Source of the DNA: Limisphaerales bacterium
GTDB taxonomy: Bacteria; Verrucomicrobiota; Verrucomicrobiia; Limisphaerales; SIBE01
Reading direction: 5' to 3'
NCBI GenBank assembly: GCA_044225505.1
Contig: JBGAIN010000012.1
Coordinates: 17,358 to 81,357 of the forward strand
Length of the DNA stretch: 64,000 nt
The notes beneath the pieces were generated by a model. The model was not told the DNA's origin and did no database searches. It saw only the letters and a program-made list of their open reading frames with translations. Both the position numbers and the translations under genes were made by a program. Positions 39,541 to 47,837 of the stretch are shown in pieces. Within the stretch, counting starts at the first letter, position 1. The number at the start of each line of letters is the position of its first letter.

Positions 39541-42500
39541 GTGACTCCAAGAATCTTCCTAATGGGAGTACGCCTCCCGGCCATGCTCAGTTGTGGGCTT
39601 CTTTTGGGAGTCGCGTGGCTAACGTGCGCATCGGAACCCCAGGACATTGCCTTTGTCTCAACGCACGATCAAAGCGAGCAGCGCTATGTGTTGGTCCTGC
39701 CGGAAGGTTACCATCCGGGCGTCGCTCACGATCTGCTCATCTGCCTGCACGGACATGGCTCGGATCGTTGGCAATTTGTTCTAGACCCTCGTGACGAAGC
39801 GCGAGCGGCCCGGGAAATTGCCTCGAAGCACGAGATGATTCTGGTAAGTCCCGATTACCGCGCCAAGACCTCCTGGATGGGCCCGACTGCCGAAGCGGAC
39901 CTCGTTCAAATCCTTCAGGAGCTGCACCAGCGTTATTCTATCGGCCGCGTTGTGCTCTCTGGGGGCTCAATGGGCGGCACGAGTGCACTCACGTTCACCG
40001 CTCTACATCCTGACCTGGTTAGCGCAGTGGTCGCTTTCAACGGTCACGCGAATCACCTCGAATATACCGGCTTTCAGGAAGCCATTCAGGCTGCGTTCGG
40101 AGGAACGAAGCAGGAGATTCCTGAAGAATACCGGAAGCGGAGCGCAGAGTTTTTCCCGGAGCGGTTTAACCTGCCGATAGCGATCACCGCCGGAGGAAAG
40201 GACACCATCGTCCCACCAGAGAGCGTCATGCGGCTAGGCCACGCCCTCCGAGCGCGTAACGTCGCCGTCATGCTCGACTTCCAAGAAACGCGAGGCCATG
40301 AAACCGAGTATAACGCCGCTCTCCGAGCCTACGCCTTTGTGATGGAAGCTCTCGGAACACCTCCGATCCATGTTCAGATGCGAGTCAATAATACGGCCAC
40401 CCTACCGGCCCCAGGCTCAGCAGCGGGTGTTTGGTTCTATGCGGAGAAGAATGGCAACACGCAAGTGCTGCTCACCGGCCACCCCGAGGTGGCAGGCTCC
40501 TGGCGTTTGACGGCATCGCTCGGTGCCGGAAACGCAGTTCGGATGACATTTGACACCAACCAGACTCAACGAGCTCTCCTGCGCTTCCGGATCACGCAAT
40601 TCTCCCCTGCTCCGCTAGACTGCTGGGCGGAGGCGGGCGCGGTAGTCATCAGCGCTAGGTCAGCCCCAGGAGAAGTCCAGCTTAGCGAGTTTCAGTTCGA
40701 CGAGACGCCGGCTCGCTTTGCACCAGAGCGCCGGCCCTTCTCGCGCGGACCGGTCGGTTGTTCTCCGGATCTGCGCGGCGCAGTCGCCGGCGCCTTAGTC
40801 GAGTGGGACTGGCGGATGCAAGATGGAATCCAGACTCCGCGGGAGCCGAGGACATTCGGCCAGGCCATGGAGAAGCTCATCCCTCAAATTGATTCCATGG
40901 TCGCCGAGCGGGTGAAATCAAACACGTTAACGGACAATGAAGTCAGCGCCTGGCGAAATCTCCGAGAAGAAACACGGAGCAGAAAGGACGGCCCTTCCAG
41001 CGAAGAGGAACAGTGGCGCAAGATGCACCGACTGCGCCGTCGGATCATTCTAGGCAACCCTTTGTTTAAGAATTCCCCGCTCTTTTTTGTCAAACATGTC
41101 CCATCGGTAATGAGCCATCAGCTCACTCAAGTGTATGGATATTGCGCGCGGCCTGGTGGCGGCTTGTACGTGCTGACGGATCCCGGAGTCAGCATGCACA
41201 CTCGTGAGATTACCCCGGAACAGTTGCCTCCCGGCAATTACATGACTCCCGAGATCTCCTATGATGGGCAAAAGGTTCTATTTGCCTACTGTCCCGTCAA
41301 AGAGGCGCCCGATTCGTGGGATTTCAACGAGCGCACCGCTACGCTACGTTACCACCTTTACGCACTGTCACTGGCTTCGGGCGCGGTTCGACAGTTAACT
41401 CAAGGCGACACGGATAATTTTTCCCCCGTGCAGTTGCCGTGTGGAGATGTCTTGTTCGTTTCGACTCGCCGCGGGGGTTTTCACCGGTGTGGACGGGGCC
41501 CTTGCTTCGTTTACACCCTTGCGCGCATGGAGGCGGATGGCCAAAACGCGCGCAGCCTTTCATTTCACGAGACGCACGAGTGGGACCCTTGCCTGCTGAA
41601 CGACGGGCGGGTCGTTTATACGCGCTGGGACTATGTGGATCGAAACGCAGTGCACTACGAGCAGCTGTGGTCGACGCTGCCCGACGGGACCAGAGCACAA
41701 GTCTATTATGGCAACGACACGTGGAACCCGGCTGGCATTTGGGAGGCCCGAACGATCCCGGGCAGTTCGCGCCTCATGGCCACCGCCGCCCCGCATCATG
41801 GAATGAGTGCCGGTTCCGTCATCCGGATCGATGTCACTCAAGGTATGGATGGCCAGGAACCTTTAACACGACTCACCCGGGACGTCCGTTTCCCGGAGTC
41901 CGAATCCCCACTGGCTTTCGGTCCAAGTCCCAACGGCTATGATTTTGACACACCCGTAAAGCAGTTTTGGCGCGCCCCGCTCCTAGAGCCGTGGATGGAA
42001 AAGACGATTCCCGAAGAGGAAAAGCGCTGGCCTGGGCATTGCTACAAATCGCCATGGCCCCTCTCGGAAAACGTTTTCATTGTCTCATACAGTTTCGATC
42101 AATTGGTGGGAGAACCCGGACCGAACTTGCCGAACATGTTTGGCCTGTATCTCGCGGATGCCTTCGGCAATAAGGAACTCGTCTACCGCGACCCAGCGAT
42201 TTCCAGTCTCTGGGCGCGGCCGCTCGCCAAGCGCACGCCCCCGCCCGAGCTGAGCACTCCGGGACTGTCCGAGGCCTCCAGCACTGGGACCTTTTTCTTG
42301 CATCATGTGAGCGAGAGCTGGCCGCAAATTCCAAGCGACACTCGTATTACTCAGCTGCGGGTTATCCAGGTTTTACTCAAGACTACTCCGAACGCGGATT
42401 CTCCCACAGTGGGAGCGGCATTTGCCGCGCCGGGCAAGCAGGTTTTAGGGACGGTCCCCGTCGAAACGGACGGTTCCGCTTGGTTTGAAGTCCCAGCCCG

Positions 42501-43101
42501 AACACCCGTGCTTTTCCAAGCCCTCGACCAGGAAGGACGCGCCATTCAGACGATGCGGAGCCTGGTTTATCTGCAACCGGGCGAACATCGCAGCTGCGTT
42601 GGGTGCCATGAGCATCGGATGAAAGCGCCGTCATCTTCGACACCCGCCCTGGCAACCCGACACCCTCCTTCCCATATCAAGCCGGGCCCCGAGGGCTCGC
42701 GGCCATTCAGTTATCCTCGCCTTGTCCAACCGTTGCTCGATACGCATTGCGTTCGGTGCCACGATGGCAAGGATACGAAAAGATCGGTCCTAACAGGTGA
42801 ACCGGAAGGCGTCTTTACGAAATCCTACAATGCGTTGGTGAAGCACGTTTCCTTCTCCGCCTGGGGACGTCCAGAACAGAATTTCGAACCCTTAACTCAA
42901 CCGCTCCGATTTGGCGCCGCGGGTAGTCCATTAGCCAAAATCTTGGACCAGAAGGAACATGCTGATATACGGCTGAGCGTAGAAGACAAGGAACGGTTGA
43001 ACACGTGGATGGACGCCAATGCCCTCTTTTACGGCACGTTCAACGTCGACGAGCAAAAGAAACAATTGGCCGGCCAATCCATCGCGGAACCCAAGGAGTA
43101 G
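39541..43101 (+). CDS. Secreted fusion of an N-terminal alpha/beta-hydrolase (esterase/peptidase-like), a TolB/HzsA-related beta-propeller region and a C-terminal region with two CxxCH motifs.
   Basis: Signal peptide (RLPAMLSCGLLLGVAWLTCAS). Hydrolase motifs LICLHGHGSDRW and LSGGSMGG. Propeller-like motifs PEISYDGQKVLFAY, DTDNFSPVQLPCGDVLFVSTRR and WDPCLLNDGRVVYTRWDYVDRN. CVGCHEHR and CVRCHDGKD are present. Confidence 0.85.
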   Translation: MTPRIFLMGVRLPAMLSCGLLLGVAWLTCASEPQDIAFVSTHDQSEQRYVLVLPEGYHPGVAHDLLICLHGHGSDRWQFVLDPRDEARAAREIASKHEMILVSPDYRAKTSWMGPTAEADLVQILQELHQRYSIGRVVLSGGSMGGTSALTFTALHPDLVSAVVAFNGHANHLEYTGFQEAIQAAFGGTKQEIPEEYRKRSAEFFPERFNLPIAITAGGKDTIVPPESVMRLGHALRARNVAVMLDFQETRGHETEYNAALRAYAFVMEALGTPPIHVQMRVNNTATLPAPGSAAGVWFYAEKNGNTQVLLTGHPEVAGSWRLTASLGAGNAVRMTFDTNQTQRALLRFRITQFSPAPLDCWAEAGAVVISARSAPGEVQLSEFQFDETPARFAPERRPFSRGPVGCSPDLRGAVAGALVEWDWRMQDGIQTPREPRTFGQAMEKLIPQIDSMVAERVKSNTLTDNEVSAWRNLREETRSRKDGPSSEEEQWRKMHRLRRRIILGNPLFKNSPLFFVKHVPSVMSHQLTQVYGYCARPGGGLYVLTDPGVSMHTREITPEQLPPGNYMTPEISYDGQKVLFAYCPVKEAPDSWDFNERTATLRYHLYALSLASGAVRQLTQGDTDNFSPVQLPCGDVLFVSTRRGGFHRCGRGPCFVYTLARMEADGQNARSLSFHETHEWDPCLLNDGRVVYTRWDYVDRNAVHYEQLWSTLPDGTRAQVYYGNDTWNPAGIWEARTIPGSSRLMATAAPHHGMSAGSVIRIDVTQGMDGQEPLTRLTRDVRFPESESPLAFGPSPNGYDFDTPVKQFWRAPLLEPWMEKTIPEEEKRWPGHCYKSPWPLSENVFIVSYSFDQLVGEPGPNLPNMFGLYLADAFGNKELVYRDPAISSLWARPLAKRTPPPELSTPGLSEASSTGTFFLHHVSESWPQIPSDTRITQLRVIQVLLKTTPNADSPTVGAAFAAPGKQVLGTVPVETDGSAWFEVPARTPVLFQALDQEGRAIQTMRSLVYLQPGEHRSCVGCHEHRMKAPSSSTPALATRHPPSHIKPGPEGSRPFSYPRLVQPLLDTHCVRCHDGKDTKRSVLTGEPEGVFTKSYNALVKHVSFSAWGRPEQNFEPLTQPLRFGAAGSPLAKILDQKEHADIRLSVEDKERLNTWMDANALFYGTFNVDEQKKQLAGQSIAEPKE

Positions 43102-43495
43102 CGAGACCTGACCTAAAGTAGTTAGATCCGTCCGCTCCTCACACCGGTGGACATACCTCGGATGCAGCTGGGATAGGCTTTGTGCCCGAGCGTCTTCAGC
43201 TCGCCTCGGTTGCATCGACAACCCCACGAACTGTCTTCGTTTGTTAGACTGGAGACCTTAGGGCTGAGAGCGAACTGCGTGGTAAAAGCGAAGTTTGTTG
43301 GTAAGAGCTTGGGATCGGTCAGATCGATCGAAAGATCCGACAAGAGGAGGTCTCGCCGGCGTTCGCATTGCTTCAAGTTCGACGCTGCGACTGCGATGTG
43401 GGTCGGTAGCGGTTTGTCTAAATACCCCCCGACGATAGGTGCCGAGAAAAGTGAAAGGCGTTGACGGGTGAGGCAACGTTCGTTCCCATTTAGAC

Positions 43496-44788
43496 ATGGC
43501 ACTGCTTATACGCTGCTTGATACGAGGGGTTCAAACCGTGTCGTTCTCGGGGTTGCTTTTGTGGTTGGTGATTGTTCACACTTTATCGACGATTGCTGCC
43601 GCGCACGCGCAAGGGCCCAATTCCACCCGCCCTTGGATCAGAACGAAGGAACCGCTCACCATTCTGAGCGCAAACGATGGCCAGGCACACATTAAATTCG
43701 ATGGATCCAGCGTTGCCACCAACAGTGCTGTGAGGTTTGCCGCCACCAATTTGACGCGAGATTCCATCACGGTTACTCATCTAGGACCGGACCACCCGCC
43801 AGTTATCAAGACGGTCTACGAGACGGTCCCGAACACCGTTTTCGGACCACCTTACCTCACATTGAGTCGGGACGGCCATTACGGATTCGTGACGTGCCAC
43901 AACTACGGGGTCATGCAGCCAAAGTCCGGTGATCTTCTGTCTATCATTGACTTAAGTTCACCGGCCCTAGCTGTCGAACAAAAGGTCAAGGTCCCCTACC
44001 CGACCATGGCAATCGCTCATCCAGACGGCGGCCACGTTATTGTCGGGTACGACAAGGGTTTTAAGGTCTTCGAATCACGCGGTGGTCAATTTGCCCTGCA
44101 GAAAGACAACCCTTTGGAGGGGGTTCCAGATTCCTTTGATCTGAGTCCGAGCGGAGATCGTATCGTCGCGGCGTTATCAAAAGGCGACACTGTGGGAGAC
44201 GCGGGAGTCCATGTTTTCTCGTATCGGAACGGAGCCATAGTGCATCAGCACGAGATCAAGGTCCGTCCTGGCTTGGCTCCATTTAATCAGCCATTTTCGC
44301 TGCGATTCTCTCCAGACGGAAACCGTGTCCTTGTGCCTAACGGTGGAGGGCGTAGCAGCAAAGGAACGCTTGATGACCTTTTAAGCATCGACATGACTTT
44401 GGATCCACCCGAGGTTACGGAGGTAGTTCCCCAGATTGCTGACGGAATCGAGGGTCTGGCATTTCACCCGAGCGGCCGGTTTGCGGTGCTGGGATGCCTT
44501 GAAGACGTCCCAGGTTACGCGGCTGCCGGATTTAGTCATTTGGCAGTCATCGATCTAACTAGCCGACCGGCGCGGCTTCTTTACGAGCTGGGTATCGAAC
44601 CCATCCCCGAGGGCATTTCTTTTGCGCCAGACGGTTCACAATTGTTCGTACAGTTAACGTCGGCTAATCGGATTGCGGTCTTTGATGTGGATGGCTTCAT
44701 GCTCAACCGCAGTCCATTTGTCATCCGAGTCGGGCACGGCCCCTCCTCCATGGGGCTCGGACACCGATTCCCAAGCAGCAGCAAGTAG
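43496..44788 (+). CDS. Beta-propeller-fold protein (lactonase/YncE-like), secreted or membrane-anchored.
   Basis: N-terminal hydrophobic segment FSGLLLWLVIVHTLSTIAAAHA. Repeated blade signatures are LSRDGHYGFVT, LSPSGDRIVAA, FSPDGNRVLVPNGG, FHPSGRFAVLG and FAPDGSQLFVQ. Confidence 0.75.
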   Translation: MALLIRCLIRGVQTVSFSGLLLWLVIVHTLSTIAAAHAQGPNSTRPWIRTKEPLTILSANDGQAHIKFDGSSVATNSAVRFAATNLTRDSITVTHLGPDHPPVIKTVYETVPNTVFGPPYLTLSRDGHYGFVTCHNYGVMQPKSGDLLSIIDLSSPALAVEQKVKVPYPTMAIAHPDGGHVIVGYDKGFKVFESRGGQFALQKDNPLEGVPDSFDLSPSGDRIVAALSKGDTVGDAGVHVFSYRNGAIVHQHEIKVRPGLAPFNQPFSLRFSPDGNRVLVPNGGGRSSKGTLDDLLSIDMTLDPPEVTEVVPQIADGIEGLAFHPSGRFAVLGCLEDVPGYAAAGFSHLAVIDLTSRPARLLYELGIEPIPEGISFAPDGSQLFVQLTSANRIAVFDVDGFMLNRSPFVIRVGHGPSSMGLGHRFPSSSK

Positions 44789-44931
44789 GGACTTCGGCTG
44801 ACCAAAGAACGTGTCTCGTGGAGGGAAGAGTAGCAGCGAGCCAACTTCACCCGGTTCTGAACTCGTAGCTTTAGCGACCTCCCCGCGATCCGGCGATTCC
44901 CTCGTATTCGCGTCAAGGTCGGTTCTTCTCG

Positions 44932-47817
44932 TCAAGGCGGCGTGACTGTTTTATAGTTCAACACTTCGAGGCCGCCGATCTCTACAGTTTGAAGCCCATA
45001 CCCAGTCCAAAAGCTAGCCTCTGCCGCGCCGGCCGCGTAAGCCGCCTTCGCTTTGAACTTGATTGTCTTCAATTGCCAGGCCGTATCGCTGAGTGTGACT
45101 GACAGCTGCACGCTCTTTTCGAAGGAGCCACTCGCCAACTCGAAGTTGAACATTACCTGCGCATTGGCGTTCGTCGGATCCACCTTGCGCACCCAAAATC
45201 TGGCGAGCAGGTTGTCGTTTTGGGCGACCGCGACGCTGGTCTTGAGCACGATTCCAGCGTTATAGGGCTGGTCTGGTTTCTGGGTCGTCGTGAGCCGAAC
45301 GGCTTCACTGAAGTTTTGCCCGGTGATCGCCACCGCAGCCTTGGTCACACTCCCATACGTCTGAGATGCCGCCCAGCCATTCCCCGGCAGGACGGACGGA
45401 ATCTTGGCCTCCGGGACGAGCTCGCCAGTAGGTAAACGCAGTGCGCCAGCGCCGAAATCTGTTCCAGCGAAGCTGACGCGCGCCAGAAGATCCGTCGTCG
45501 GGGCCGCGTCCAGAAAGAGCTTGCCCGCTGTTCCAGAGTTGCCCCCGCTGCCCTGCCAACCCGCGACGATCAGTTTGCCCGCGGAGCCTACCGCCCTGGC
45601 GGACGCGACGTGTAATGCCGCCGATGATCCGTCAAATTGCCAGCGAACCTCACCGCTCAATTCGATGGGCCCGAGAGCGCCTTGGGCGCCATTCCCTTCA
45701 ATTGTGCCGCCCGCAAGCCGAAGTGGAGCACTCGAGGCGAGGATGGCATTCGTCGGCAGCACCAGAGTCCCTCCGTTGAGTTCCACGGCCGCAACCGAGC
45801 TCAATAGTCGGGCATCAGGCGACACTCGTCCGGAACGTATTTCCAACGTCCCGAGGAATGGGGCCTCGGCAGCGACGAGGTGGGCGCCCCCGGCGTTCGC
45901 GAGAATGAGACGGCTCGGCCTTGTGCCTGTAATGGCTTCAGCGCCCCACTGACCATTGCCCATGACCGTCAATTGGTGCGATCCCAAGTCCACGGATCTT
46001 AGCGTCAACCCGACGTTCGCCTGGATGACTTGATCTTGGGTCAAGATCACTGGCGCATCCGCAGGATTATCGCTTGGGCGATGCAGTCGAAAGAAGCGGG
46101 TTTGTTCAGCCGTTGCCGCGGAGTAGGTCCATTGTCCCTGCCGCAGGACTGGAGTTTCGCCTGTGACGGCCAGCCAACCGCGCGGATCGGTGACATGCGA
46201 ATTCGACTGCAACTCGAACCCTTCCGGTGAAGTTGGCCAAGTCAACTCAACCCGATTATTTGCAGTCAGCCGCGCGCCGAGGGTCAAGGTCGGCTCGGAC
46301 ACATTCACGGACGTCAGCGCCTGAGCCTTGTGGCCACTCGTATCTGTGACTGTCAGCCGAAAAAGGTAACTTCCCTGTGCTCGCGGCGTGAACGACGGTT
46401 GCGCCGTGTCGCGGCCCGTCAACGTTACCCGGTCGCCCGGGGGCGCCGCAGCCAACTCCCACTGGAACTGAATGGTGCCTCCATCTGACAGGTGGCTCCC
46501 CCTACCGTCCAAGCTTACCAAAGCGCCCGTGTTGACAAACTGGTCCACGCCAGCGCTGACGACGAGTCGAGACCCAGTTCCGACGATCGTGAATTCGGAT
46601 GAAAGAATCTCGGTCGTATTGAGCCCGTCGGTTGTCTGCAGTTTGAATCGACCTTTTCGAGTCGGCCGATCCGGAACCTTCCAATCCAACTCGCTCACCG
46701 TCACGAGATCTTCCACAATTTCCCAATCCGACTGGCCGTTTTCGCTGAATAGCACACTCGTATTTAACTCCCCGCCTTCCGCGTCGCTCACTTGCCATCG
46801 CAGCCGGACGGAGTCCCCGGCCTTCAAGACCTCAGCGCCTTGCGGCGAGATGAATTGGACCTGCGGCGCATGCGCTGTCACCGCCCGCTCGTAGAGAACT
46901 TGGTTCTCGTGCACCAACCGCACCGTCGCCAAATTGGTGGGCCGTGGAATCGCGAAGCAGAAAGGAGCCATTCCCAGGTTTACCTCTCGGTGCTGATTTG
47001 GCGGCGCTGGAGAGAACGAATCTCCAATCGCCTCGAAACCTGGGGTAAACCCGTGCGATACGATCAGGTTCCCCTGAGCGTCACGGAATTCCACGGCGTA
47101 GGTTCCAGCCGGATCCGGCACGTCCGCATCGCTGACAAACGTGGTAAACCAAGGAAACGTCGTTACCGACCCGTTGGCGTGCAGCACGCCGTTCACCAGC
47201 AACACCTCCGGGTCAATCGCAGGCTGCGTGAATTCCTTCACCAACAGCTCATAGTGCGTGCGATTGATCCACGTGGGATCGCTGTAGTCCATGAGATCGT
47301 AGTAATCGGAGATAGTCTCCAGGCGAGCGGGCCAAACCCCACGGGGAACTGACCGTGCTGTCGGATGTTCCACGTCGCTGAAACCGAACGTATGTCCGAT
47401 TTCGTGGGCGGTCACGAAGCCGGGGTAACCTGGAACTGACGCGGCGTCTTCGGCGAGGGAGACGACGTGTTTGATCGGATGCGGCCGTTTATACGCCCAA
47501 CCCGCAGCGTCCCCCAGCCCGGGAATCGAAGGCCAAATATTTTCCTCCCTTGGAAAGATGACGGCAAGCCGATCGAGGCCCATTCGACGCGCGAGTCCAT
47601 CGACATTCGCCATCAGCGCGGCCCAGTTCAGTTCACTTCTGGAATGCCAACTGATCGCGAGAGGGAAAGCACGGCCGACCGGAGGCTCTTCAGGCATCGG
47701 ATAGACTCCGTTTAGATAAGGTTCGTCGGCGTTCTGAATCGCGAGGGCATTTTGAGACGCCACCGACGGCATCTCGAGATGAGGGGCAAAGGTCAGGTAA
47801 CCGAAGCGGTATCGCAA
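44932..47817 (-). CDS. Zinc-metalloprotease domain protein with Ig/PKD-like repeats, beta-helix repeats and a C-terminal beta-sandwich (CBM-like). It is probably the C-terminal part of one gene split from 47838..50456.
   Basis: HEIGHTFGFSD (HExxHxxGxxD) at about 47395-47409. PKD-like segment IQFQWELAAAPPGDRVTLTG...SYLFRLTVTDTSGH. It has no signal peptide of its own, and its reading frame is open upstream to 47868. Confidence 0.8.
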   Translation of the reverse strand: MRYRFGYLTFAPHLEMPSVASQNALAIQNADEPYLNGVYPMPEEPPVGRAFPLAISWHSRSELNWAALMANVDGLARRMGLDRLAVIFPREENIWPSIPGLGDAAGWAYKRPHPIKHVVSLAEDAASVPGYPGFVTAHEIGHTFGFSDVEHPTARSVPRGVWPARLETISDYYDLMDYSDPTWINRTHYELLVKEFTQPAIDPEVLLVNGVLHANGSVTTFPWFTTFVSDADVPDPAGTYAVEFRDAQGNLIVSHGFTPGFEAIGDSFSPAPPNQHREVNLGMAPFCFAIPRPTNLATVRLVHENQVLYERAVTAHAPQVQFISPQGAEVLKAGDSVRLRWQVSDAEGGELNTSVLFSENGQSDWEIVEDLVTVSELDWKVPDRPTRKGRFKLQTTDGLNTTEILSSEFTIVGTGSRLVVSAGVDQFVNTGALVSLDGRGSHLSDGGTIQFQWELAAAPPGDRVTLTGRDTAQPSFTPRAQGSYLFRLTVTDTSGHKAQALTSVNVSEPTLTLGARLTANNRVELTWPTSPEGFELQSNSHVTDPRGWLAVTGETPVLRQGQWTYSAATAEQTRFFRLHRPSDNPADAPVILTQDQVIQANVGLTLRSVDLGSHQLTVMGNGQWGAEAITGTRPSRLILANAGGAHLVAAEAPFLGTLEIRSGRVSPDARLLSSVAAVELNGGTLVLPTNAILASSAPLRLAGGTIEGNGAQGALGPIELSGEVRWQFDGSSAALHVASARAVGSAGKLIVAGWQGSGGNSGTAGKLFLDAAPTTDLLARVSFAGTDFGAGALRLPTGELVPEAKIPSVLPGNGWAASQTYGSVTKAAVAITGQNFSEAVRLTTTQKPDQPYNAGIVLKTSVAVAQNDNLLARFWVRKVDPTNANAQVMFNFELASGSFEKSVQLSVTLSDTAWQLKTIKFKAKAAYAAGAAEASFWTGYGLQTVEIGGLEVLNYKTVTPP

Positions 47818-47837
47818 CCGTCGCGCGGTTACGACGT

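Noticed and set aside
43122-43502. A 126-aa minus-strand ORF in the intergenic region before the lactonase-like gene.
   Set aside because: It has no recognisable motif and no signal or TM features. It overlaps the start of the plus-strand gene. I cannot support it as coding.
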